From: Cetorhinus maximus
Taxonomy: Eukaryota
Assembly: GCF_964194155.1 (NCBI RefSeq)
Contig: NC_135910.1
Span: 11,098,001-11,162,000 of the forward strand
Direction: 5' to 3'
Length of the DNA: 64,000 nucleotides
Of the stretch, positions 25,355 to 35,902 are shown one piece after another. The notes below the pieces were generated by a model, which was not told where the DNA came from, did not search any database, and worked only from the letters and a program-made list of their open reading frames with translations. The first letter of the stretch is position 1. Every line of letters begins with the position of its first letter. The position numbers and the translations under genes were made by a program.

Positions 25355-25740
25355 GGTGGTGTAGTGATAATATCACTGGACTAGTAATCCAGAGACCCAG
25401 GTTAATTCTCTGGGGACAGGGGTTCAAATCCCACTACGGCTGCTTTTTGAATTTGGTTAATAAATCTGGAATTGAAAGCTAGTCTCAGTGATGGTGACCA
25501 TGAAACTATCGTTGATTGCTGTAAAAACCCATCTGGTTCACTAATCTCCTTTAGGGAGGGAAATCTGACATCCTTACCTGGTCTGGCCTACATATGACCC
25601 CCAGACCCCACAACAATGTGGCTGACTCTTAACTGCCCCTCTGAAATGACCTAACAAGGTCAGTTCAAGGGCAATTAGGGATGGGCAACAAATACTGGCC
25701 CCCCTGGTGACACCCACACCCCATGAAAGAATAAAGAAAA
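25355..25740 (+). mobile_element. HE1-type V-SINE (other copies ~53340-53720 +, 55355-55720 -, 56530-56765 -, 60640-61010 +, 63340-63550 -)
   Basis: tRNA-like head (cactggactagtaatccagag), V-domain (aaacccatctggttcactaat...ccttacctggtctggcctacat), HER1-derived tail. Confidence 0.8.
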
Positions 25741-26599
25741 AATGAAGGAGTCCAGTAAGGACTCTTACAACATTGGGAATCCTCACATCTTAAAGGAACA
25801 CCTACAACATTAGTGTGCATGTTACTGTGTGTACCTTACAGTGTGCATATTATAGTTTGTACATTACCATTAATATATTTGCTTGTACTGTCCCCTTTAA
25901 AGGATAATTCATGGTGGTCATGCAGTAGCAGGAACTGTGACTGTGACGTTCCAATTGCTCTGTTCTTCAGGAAGCACAGTGACAAATTCAACCAAACATT
26001 TATGCATGATGACCATACTCTGTGTCAGACCATCCCATGGCTCCAACAATGAAGCCACAGAGATGTGACGGAGAGTCGCATTGTCAAGAGCATGTCCAGT
26101 AGCATATCCCAGGTGCAATTGATGGGATTCTCTTCTGCTGTGGTAACTGATTTCTCGGTCACTGAGTGGTCCCTCGTGTCTAAGTTTTGTTGCAGTTTTA
26201 CCTTTAATTTATTTAAAGTGTACTTCACAATCCTGGTGAAATAAGTAAAACACAGTCTCTGTTGCTGTGACTCATTGGAGCATAAAATGCTGCGAGTGGG
26301 AATGTTCGCTAATAACTGATAAAGAAATCGGCAAAATGAAGCAGGCACACACCCACATCATCCCCCTGGTTTAGGGAACTAATTTTTCTTTCATTCGTTC
26401 ATGGGGTGTGGGCGTCACTGGCTAGGCCAGCATTTATTGCCCATCCCTAATTGCCCTTGTGCAGAGGGCATTTCAACCACACTGCTGTGGGTCTGGAGTC
26501 ACATGTAGGCCAGACCAGGTAAGGATGGCAGATTCCCCTCCCTAAAGGACATTAGTGAACCAGATGGGTTTTTACAACAATCAGCATTGGTTTCATGGC

Positions 26600-29500
26600 A
26601 AAAACAGGATGACCTGGAAAAACTCAGCAGGTCTGGCAGCATCGGCGGAGAAGAAAAAAGTTGACGTTTCGAGTCCTCATGACCCTTCAACAGAACTGAG
26701 TAATATTAGGAGAGGGGTAAAATATAAGCTGGTTTAAGGTGGGGTGGGAGGTGGGGGGAGAGAAGTGGGTGGGGGGGGTGTTGGTTGTAGGGACAAGCAA
26801 GCAGTGATAGGAGCAGATAATCAAAAGATGTCACAGACAAAGGAACAAAGAGGTGTTAAAGGTGGTGATATTATCTAAACGAATGTGCTAATTAAGAATG
26901 GATGGCAGGACACACAAGGTACAGCTCTAGTGGGGGTGGGGTGGAAAGACTAACAGGGCATAAAGGGTATAGATTTAAAAATAATGGAAATAGGTGGGAA
27001 AAGAAAAATCTATATAAATTATTAGAAAGAACAAAAGGGAGGAGGAAGAAACGGAAAGGGGGTGGGGATGGAGGAAGGAGTTCAAGATCTAAAGTTGTTG
27101 AATTCAATATTCAGTCCGGAAGGCTGTAAAGTGCCTAGTCGGAAGATGAGGTGCTGTTCCTCCAGTTTGCGTTGGGCTTCACTGGAACAATGCAGCAAGC
27201 CAAGGACAGACATGTGGGCAAGAGAGCAGGGTGGAGTGTTAAAATGGCAAGCAACAGGGAGGTTTGGGTCTTTCTTGCGGACAGACCACAGGTGTTCTGC
27301 AAAGCGGTCGCCCAGTTTGCGTTTGGTCTCTCCAATGTAGAGGAGACCGCATTGGGAGCAACAAATGCAGTAGACTAAGTTGGGAGAAATGCAAGTGAAA
27401 TGCTGCTTCACTTGAAAGGAGTGTGTGGGCCCTTGGACGGTGAGGAGAGGGGAAGTGAAGGGGCAGGTGTTGCAACTTCTGCGTGGGCATGGGGAGGTGC
27501 CATAGGTGGGGGTTGAGGAGTAGGGGGTGATGGAGGAGTGGACCAGGGTGTCCCGAAGGGAACGATCCCTACGGAATGCCGCCGGGGGGGTGAAGGGAAG
27601 ATGTGTTTGGTGGTGGCATCATGCTGGAGTTGGCAGAAATGGCGGAGGATGATCCTTTGAATGCGGAGGCTGGTGGGGTGATAAGTGAGGACAAGGGGGA
27701 CCCTATCATGTTTCTGGGAGGGAGGAGAAGGCGTGAGGGCGGATGCGTGGTAGATGGGCCGGACATGGTTGAGGGCCCTGTCAACGACCGTGGGTGGAAA
27801 ACCTCGGTTAAGGAAGAAGGAAGACATGTCAGAGGAACTGTTTTTGAAGGTAGCATCATCAGAACAGATGCGACGGAGGCGAAGGAACTGAGAGAATGGG
27901 ATGGAGTCCTTACAGGAAGCGGGGTGTGAGGAGCTGTAGTCGAGGTAGCTGTGGGAGTCGGTAGGCTTGTGATGGATATTGATGGACAGTCTATCACCAG
28001 AAATTGATACAGAGAGGTCAAGGAAGGGAAGGGAAGTCTCAGAGATGGACCATGTGAAAATGATGGAGGGGTGGAGATTGGAAGCAAAATTAATAAATTT
28101 TTCCAGGTCCCGACGAGAGCATGAAGCAGCACCGAAGTAATCATCGATGTACCGGAGAAAGAGTTGTGGGAGGGGGCCGGAGTAGGACTGGAACAAGGAA
28201 TGTTCCACATACCCCATAAAGAGACAGGCATAGCTGGGGCCCATGCAGGTACCCATAGCCACACCTTTTATTTGGAGGAAGTGAGAGGAGTTAAAGGAGA
28301 AATTGTTCAGTGTGAGAACAAGTTCAGCCAGACGGAGAAGAGTAGTGGTAGATGAGGATTGTTCAGGCCTCTGTTCGGGGAAGAAGCTAAAGGCCCTCAG
28401 ACCATCCTGGTGGGGGATGGAGGTGTAGAGGGATTGGATGTCCATGGTGAAGAGGAGGCGGTTGGGGCCAGGGAACTGGAAATTGTTGATGTGACGTAAG
28501 GTGTCAGAGGATTCACGGATGTAGGTGGGAAGGGACTGGACAAGGGGAGAGAGAAGGGAGTCAAGATAACGAGAAATAAGTTCCGTGGGGCAGGAACAGG
28601 CTGACACGATCGGTCTGCCGGGACAGTCCTGTTTGTGGATTTTGGGGAGGAGGTAGAAGCGGGCCATCCGAGGTTGGGCGACTATCAGGTTGGAAGCTGT
28701 GGGAGGAAGATCTCCAGAGGAGATGAGGTCAGTGACAGTCCTGGAAACAATGGCTTGACGTTCAGTGGTGGGGTCATGGTCCAGGGAGAGCTAGGAGGAA
28801 GTGTCTGCGAGTTGTCGCTCAGACTCCGCAAGGTAGAGGTCAGTGCGCCAGACAACAACAGCACCACCCTTGTCAGCGGGTTTGATGACAATGTTGGGGT
28901 TGGACCTGAGAGAACGGAGTGCAGTAAGTTCAGAGAGAGACAGATTAGAATGGGTGAGAGGAGCAGAGAAATTGAGATGACTAATGTCACACCGACAGTT
29001 CTCAATGAAAAGATCAAGAGAAGGTAAGAATCCAGAGGGAGGGGTCCAGGTGGAGGGAGAATATTGGAGGTGGGTAAAAGGATCTGTTGAACGGGGAGAG
29101 GACTCCTGCCCAAAGAAGTGAGCACGGAGACGAAGACGGCGGAAGAAGAGTTCAGCATCGTGCCGAGTCCGAAATTCATTGAGATGAGGGCGTAAGGGTA
29201 TGAAACTAAGTCCTTTGCTGAGCACTGAACGTTTAGCGTCGGCGAGGGGAAGGTCAGGGGGTATGGTGAATACACGGCCGGGGCTGGGATTGGAAGATGG
29301 GGTGGGGACGGAGGGACAGGCAGGGGTGGAGGGACCTAGATGGGTGTTGGTGTCGATGAGTTGTTGATGGAGGAGTGGACCAGGTGTCCCGTAGGGATCG
29401 TTCCCTCCGGGACACCCTGGTCCACTCCTCCATCACCCCCTGCTCCTCAACCCCCACCTACGGCACATCCCCATGCAAACGCAAAAGATGCAACATCTGC

Positions 29501-30384
29501 CCCTTCACTTCCTCTCTCCTCACCGTCCAAAGGCCCAAACACTCCTTTCAAGTGAAGCAGCATTTCACTTGCATTTCTCCCAACTTAGTCTACTGCATTT
29601 GTTGCTCCCAATCCTCTACATTGGAAAGACCAAATGCAAACTGGGCGACCGCTTTGCAGAGCACCTGGGTCTGTAAGAAAGACCCAAACCTCCCTGTCGC
29701 TTGCCATTTTAACACTCCACCCTGCTCTCTTGCCCACATGTCTGTCCTTGGCTTGCTGCATTGTTCCAGTGAAGCCCAACGCAAACTGGAGGAACAGTAC
29801 CTCATCTTCCGACTAGGCACTTTACAGCCTTCCGGACTGAATATTGAATTCAACAACTTTAGATCTTGAACTCCCTCCTCCATCCCCACCCCCTTTCTGT
29901 TTCTTCCCCCTTCCTTTTGTTTTTTCCAATAATTTATATAGATTTTTCTTTTCCCACCTATTTCCATTATTTTTAAATCTATACCCTTTATGCCCTGTTA
30001 GTCTTTCCACCCCACCCCCACTAGAGCTGTACCTTGTGTGTCCTGCCATCCATTCTTAATTAGCACATTCGTTTAGATAATATCACCACCTTTAACACCT
30101 CTTTGTTCCTTTGTCTGTGACATCTTTTGATTATCTGCTCCTATCACTGCTTGCTTGTCCCTACAACCACCCCCCCAAACTTCCCTCCCCCCACCCTACC
30201 CCCCACCTTAAACCAGCTTATATTTCACCCCTCTCCTAACATTACTCAGTTCTGTTGAAGGGTTATGAGGACTTGAAACGTCAACTTTTTTCTTCTCCGC
30301 CGATGCTGCCAGACCTGCTGGGTTTTTCCAGGTAATTCTGTTTTTGTTTTGGATTTCCAGTGTCTGCAGTTTTTTGATTTTACT
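26600..30384 (-). mobile_element. Penelope-like element (Neptune-type): RT + GIY-YIG endonuclease, frameshifted, with ~1-kb inverted arms
   Basis: Minus ORFs 28791..29225 (LSKGLSFIP, KPADKGGAVVV), 27408..28667 (RT: GVAMGT, RYIDD) and 27082..27411 (VYCICC..LYIGET..RFAEH). 29388-30345 is an inverted copy of 26600-27570. TSD attggtttcatggc (26586-26599 / 30385-30398) inside an HE1 SINE. Confidence 0.93.
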
Positions 30385-31296
30385 ATTGGTTTCATGGCCA
30401 TCATCAGACTTTTAATTCCAGATTCAAATTCCACCATCTGCTGGGGAGGGATTCAAACCCTGGTCCCCAGGGCATTACCCTGGGCCTCTGGGTTACTAGT
30501 CCATTGAAGACACCACTACTCCACTACATCACTGCCTCCCCACAATTTATAAATATTTCCCAAGTTCAGTCCTAAACATATCCTTGACCAGAACTGGCAT
30601 CCCTGATGCCTGAAACCAAGTGGGTCAGATCAGAATGGTGAGATCAGTCGTGCAGTGAGCTTGTGGAGTGGCAGATAGGATGAGAGGAGAAGTGGACAGG
30701 ATTACAGCCAGCCAAGGAATGGCAAAGGGTAGGGCTTGCATACGATGGCGGTGTTGGACTGGGATGGACTGGGATTGGAGAGGGGAGCAGTGAAATTGGT
30801 GAGGGGGATGAGTCCAGTTAGGGGAGGGGGGGCATGTTATCTGGAATGGTTGGCACTCAGTGAATTATGGTTCAAAACCCTGAAACCAGATCAACGTGAG
30901 ATCGACATCAGCAGAAACACACGTTTTATTTTATTCTTTCATTGAACGTGGGTGTTGTTGGCTAGGCCAGCATTTTTATTGCCCATCCCTAATTCCCCCT
31001 TGAGAAGATGGTGGTGAGCTGCCTTCTTGAACCGCTGCAGTCCATGTGGTGTAGTTACACCCACCGTGCTGTTAGGGATAGAATTCCAGGATTTTGACCC
31101 AGCGACAGTGAAGGAACGGAGATATATTTCCAAGTCAGGATGGTGGGTGACTTGGAGGGGAACTTGCAGGTGGTGGTGTTCCCATCCATCTGCTGCCCTC
31201 GTCCTTCTAGGTGGTAGAGGCTGGCCGATTATCCATTCTTTGTGAGCCTCAGCACTGTTATTTGAGCGTGGATGGACATTGGAGCCAAACCCCATA

Positions 31297-31980
31297 TTAT
31301 AAAAGCAAAATACTGCAGATGCTGGAAATCTGAAACAAAAACAGAAAATGCTGGAATAACTCAGCAGGTCTGGCAGCCTCTGTGGTGAGAGACACTAGAG
31401 TTAACGTTTCGAGTCCGTATGACCCTTCTTCAGAGCTGAAGAGAAGTGGAAATGTGATGAAATTTATACTGTTGAAGGGGGGGCGGTGGGGAAGATGGAT
31501 TGAAGGCCAACGATAGGAGGGGACAAAGGAGGGATTGACAAAGATGTCATGAACTGAAGAACAAAGGGAGTGACGATGGTGGTGGTTAGCACTAAAAAAG
31601 GTGCTAATAGCAGCTTAAAGGTAAGAAAGCAGAATGTGATTATAGCTGGGGTAGCCTTGTGTGAAAGAGCAACATTGGACAAGTAACAGATGGCCCTGTG
31701 GGGGATGGGGTGGAGGGGGGAGGGGGCAGCAGTGAGGAAAAAAAGGATAGAAAATGGGATAAAAAAAGGGGATAAAACCACGGATAAATGAATAAAAATA
31801 AAAATAAGTGGATAAAAAAATAAAAATGAATGTAGCGAAAAGGGGATTAAAAAAGGGGATGAGGATGGAGGGGAGAGTTCATAGTCCGAAGTTGTTGAAC
31901 TCAGTGTTGAGTCCAGTTGGCTGTAAGGTGCCTATTCGGAAGGTGAGGGGCCGTTCCTCCAGTTTGCGTTGGGCTTCGCT
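31297..31980 (-). mobile_element. Older Penelope-like 3' fragment (second subfamily)
   Basis: Diverged homology to the arm of the main element, including the EN C-terminus and the terminal aaaatactgcagatgctggaaatc motif. Confidence 0.7.
31398..31438 (-). ncRNA. Minimal hammerhead-ribozyme-like motif in a Penelope terminus
   Basis: Reverse strand CTGAAGA-agggtcatacggactc-GAAAC-gttaac fits CUGANGA/stem II/GAAA; minimal hammerheads are an established feature of Penelope pLTRs. Confidence 0.55.
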
Positions 31981-32283
31981 ATCTTCTTTTATCTGTTTAT
32001 TGAATAATTGAAAAATATAAAATTCCTAGTGGGCCTGGCAGAATAGATGCACAGATGCTGTTTTCCCTGGCTAGTGATTTCAAAACTAGGGGCTGCACCC
32101 TCGAGAGAAGCAGTTGGCCATTTAGGACTGAAGCGAGAGGAAATTTCTTCACTCAAGATGGCGAATCTTTGGAATTCTCCACCCCAGAGGGCTGAAGGAT
32201 GCTCTACCATTAGGTATATTTGAGACTGAGATAATAGATTTTTGGTAATTAAGGGGTAGGGGGTAGGACAGATAAATGGAGTC

Positions 32284-32427
32284 AAACTCTTTCGAGTTAT
32301 CAATAGTCACAGATTACAACTCTTTCGAGTACAATCACAGTTCTTGGTTTCCGGGAGTGGGACATGAACCCACAACCCTCTGATTCAAAGGTGAGGGTGC
32401 TATGAACTGAGCCACAGCTGACACCTC
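32284..32427 (-). mobile_element. Young tRNA-derived SINE
   Basis: Reverse complement of the 10316 copy; TSD ataaatggagtcaa. Confidence 0.88.
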
Positions 32428-33374
32428 ATAAATGGAGTCAAGGTGGACAATCAGCCATTAGCTTACTGAACGGCAGAGCAGGTTTGAGGGGCTGAATGGC
32501 CCTACTCCTCCTATTTCTCATGAGCAATACATATGATACATCGATACACCTACCATGCAGGATAACTATGCGCATCACCAGTCCAGGCTCTTCCTAATGC
32601 TGAGCTCACCTGCTGGAGGGGTCCTAGTACATCGTTATATTTTCCTTTGAGACATCCTGACTTGCAAAGCATCGTTGAAGGTTTCAGCTGTGGCTCAGTG
32701 GTAGTACTCTTGCCTCTGGGTGGAAAGGTTGTTGGTTCAAGTCCCACTCCAGGACCCCACAACAAATCTTGGTTTACACCCCAATGCTGAGGGAGTGATG
32801 TCCTGCCAGAGGTGGTGTCTCTCAGATGAGATGTTAAACTGAGGAACCTGCCTGCTCTCTCAGGCAGACGAGGTCTCCCTCATGGGTTAAGGACATCTCC
32901 TCAGGGTTGGCATTAGTCACAAGGGATATGGAATATAAAAGTAGGGTAGTTGTGTGATAGCTGTGCTGGGCACTGGTGGAGCCACATCTGGTGTACTACG
33001 TATAGTTCTAGTCTCCTAATTTAAGGAGGGACATACTTGGATTGGAGACAGTTCACTAGGTTGATTCCTGAGATGAAGGGGTTGTCTCACAAGGAATGGT
33101 TGAGTTGTTTGGAATTTAGAATAATGAGGGGTGATCTTATTGAAGCATTCAAGGTTCTGAGGGGCCTTGACAGGGTAGATGCTGAGATGCAGGGTAGATT
33201 ACCGTGGGGTAACCTAGAATGGAGGGGGTGTGGGGCACAGTTCCAAAATAAGGAATCTCCCATTGAAGATGGGGTTGAGGAATCTCTTCTCTGGGAGGGT
33301 CACTTGGGAATTCAAACTCCCAGAAGCAGTGGAGGCTGTGACATTAAATATATACAAGGCTGAGTCATATTTTT

Positions 33375-34932
33375 ACATAGAAACATAGAAACTAGGAGCA
33401 GGAGGAGGCCATTCAGCCCTTCGAGCTGCTCCACCATTCATTATGATCATGGCTGATCATCCAACTCAATAGCCTGCTCACGCTTTCTCCCCATATCCTT
33501 TGGTCCCTTTCGCCCCAAGAGCTATATCTAACTCCTTCTTGAAAACATACAATGTTTTGGCCTCAACTACTTTCTGTGGTAGCGAATTCCACAGGCTCAC
33601 CGCTCTCTGGGTGAAGAAATTTCTCCTCAGCTCAGTCCTAAATGGTCTACCCCGTATCCTCAGACTGTGACCCCTGGTTCTGGACTCCCCCACCATCGGG
33701 AACATCCTTCTTGCATCTACCCTGTCTAGTCCTGTTAGAATTTTACAGGTTTCTATGAGATCCACCATCATTCTTCTGAACTCCAGCGAATATAATCCTA
33801 ATCAGCTCAATCTCTCCTCGTATGTCAGTCCCGCCATCCCAGGAATCAGTCTGGTAAACCTTTGCTGCAATCCCTCCATAGCAAGAACATCGTTCCTCAG
33901 ATAAGGAGACCAAAACTGCACACAATATTCCAGGTGTGGTCTCACCAAGGCCCTGTACAATTGCAGCAAGACATCCATGCTCTTGTACTCGAATCCTCTG
34001 GCTATGAAGGCCAACATACCACTTGCCTTCTTTACCGCCTGCTGCACCTGCATGCTTACCTTCAGCGACTGGTGTACGAGGACACCCAGATCTCATTGCA
34101 CATTCCCCTCTCTCAATTTATAGCCATTCAGATAATAACCTGCCTTCTTGTTTTTGCTACCAAAGTGGTACCTCACATTTGCTACCTCACATTTATCCAC
34201 ATTATACTGCATCTGCCATGCATTTGCCCACTCACTCAGCTTGTCCAAATCACACTGAAGCATCTCTGCATCCTCCTCACAGCTCACCCTCCCACCCAGC
34301 TTTGTGTCATCTGCAAATTTGGGGATATTACACTTAGTTCCCTCATCTAAATCATTAATATATATTGTGAATGACTGGGGTCCCAGCACCGATCCCTGCG
34401 GTACCCCACTAGTCACTGCCTGCCATTCGGAAAAAGACCCATTTATTCCTACTCTTTGTTTCCTGTCTGCCAACCAGTTTTCTATCCATCTCAATACACT
34501 GCCCCCAATCCCATGCGCTTTAATTTTACATGCCAATCTCTTATGTGGGACTTTGTCGAAAGCCTTCTGAAAGTCCAAATAAACCACATCCACTGGCTCC
34601 CCCTCATTAACTCTACTGGTTACATGCTAGAAAAATTCCAGTAGGTTTTTCAAGCATGATTTCCCTTTCGTAAATCCATGCTGACTCTGTCCGATTCTGC
34701 CACTGTTTTCCAAGTGCTCAGCTATTAAATCTTTTTATAATGGATTCTAGAATTTTCCCCACTACCGACGTCAGGATGACTGGTCTATAATTCCCTGTTT
34801 TCTCTCTACCTCCCTTTTTAAATAGTGGGGTTACATTAGCCACCCTCCAATCTGCAGGAACTGTTACAGAGTCTATAGAATCTCAGAAGATGACCACCAA
34901 TGCATCCACTATTTCTAGGGCCACTTCTTTAA
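33375..34932 (-). mobile_element. Young CR1 LINE, ~1.55-kb 3' part
   Basis: ORF 34093..34593 (VYLDFQKAFDKVPH, GVPQGSVLGP, KFADDTK), 33802..34053, 33478..33771; (acatagaa)n tail. Confidence 0.92.
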
Positions 34933-35546
34933 CCTACAAGGGCATCAAATGTTACGGCGGGCAGGTAGGAAAGTGGAGTTAAATGGTGGAGCAGGCTTGA
35001 GGGGCCGAATGAACTACTCTTGCTACTATTTCTTATTGTTCTTATGTTTATATTTGTATGTTTATATTCGACAATGCTGCTTTTATGACAGTCGGGTTTA
35101 ATGGGTCATTTTCAGGTTGGCAACCTGTAACTAGTGGAGTGCTACAGGTATCAGTGCGTGGATATACCAAGATAGGTAGGAAAGTAAGTTGTGAAGATAA
35201 AACAGGGAGTCTGCAAATTTACCACCTTGTTCCTACTTCACACTAGTGGCTGTAGAATTCAAAATTCATTGGCTCTAAAGCACTTTGAAACATGCAGTGC
35301 TCTTAAGAGGCGCCATATAAGGGCAATTTTTTTTTCAAAAGGAAAATACTGTGGATGCTGGGAATCTGAAATAAAAATAGAAAATGCTGGGAATACTCAG
35401 CAGGTCTATGGCGAGAAACAGAGCTAATTAACTGCTTATTTCTTTTCTTTGTCTGCAACAGTTAGTCAAACAACAAACTATCACCCATTGACAGAGCACA
35501 GTCAAAGAGGACCATTTGGTCCAACAGCAGGTTGGTCACAGGGTGT

Positions 35547-35746
35547 NNNNNNNNNNNNNNNNNNNNNNNNNNNNNNNNNNNNNNNNNNNNNNNNNNNNNN
35601 NNNNNNNNNNNNNNNNNNNNNNNNNNNNNNNNNNNNNNNNNNNNNNNNNNNNNNNNNNNNNNNNNNNNNNNNNNNNNNNNNNNNNNNNNNNNNNNNNNNN
35701 NNNNNNNNNNNNNNNNNNNNNNNNNNNNNNNNNNNNNNNNNNNNNN
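35547..35746. other. Assembly gap (200 N)
   Basis: Run of n; the round size suggests a placeholder of unknown true length. Confidence 1.
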
Positions 35747-35860
35747 CTTGTGCCTTGTAGATGCAATACAGGCTTTGGGGAGTCAGGAGGTGAGTTACTC
35801 ACCACATAATTCCCAGCTTCTGACATACTCTTGTAGCCATGTATTTATATGGCTGGTCCA

Positions 35861-35902
35861 GAGAAAAGGTTCAACCGCGGCATCACCGTGTCCGAGCTGA
35901 AA
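35861..35902 (+). CDS. TBCB: Tubulin-folding cofactor B, 3' part of exon 1 (start codon not present)
   Basis: EKRFNRGITVSELK|GTGAGT matches the end of TBCB exon 1 (human EKRYSRSLTIAEFK); followed by a GC-box/CCAAT-rich CpG island. Confidence 0.82.

Larger units (their letters stand above)
14211..26052 (+). pseudogene. sPLA2 gene 2: degenerate paralogue; exon 1 14211-14253, exon 2 18900-19063, exon 4 25903-26052; catalytic exon 3 not found
   Basis: MEPQYFIAVLILLG; ...IQGR-GIISFAEVADYSSPEVSNLRYNDYGSFCGLGGNQPVDAVDR; DNSWWSCSSRNCDCDVPIALFFRKHSDKFNQTFMHDDHTLCQTIPWLQQ*. Three conserved Cys are lost, the exon-2 donor is shifted, and the 3' UTR is homologous to gene 1 with AATAAA changed to AATAAG. 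Confidence 0.75.

Noticed and set aside
27569-29275. Long alternative-frame ORFs (231 aa, 196 aa) in the Penelope element
   Set aside because: Low-complexity Ser/Pro-rich shadow frames of the RT ORF with no recognisable motifs.
35449-35900. ORFs spanning poly-X
   Set aside because: Artefacts of the N gap.
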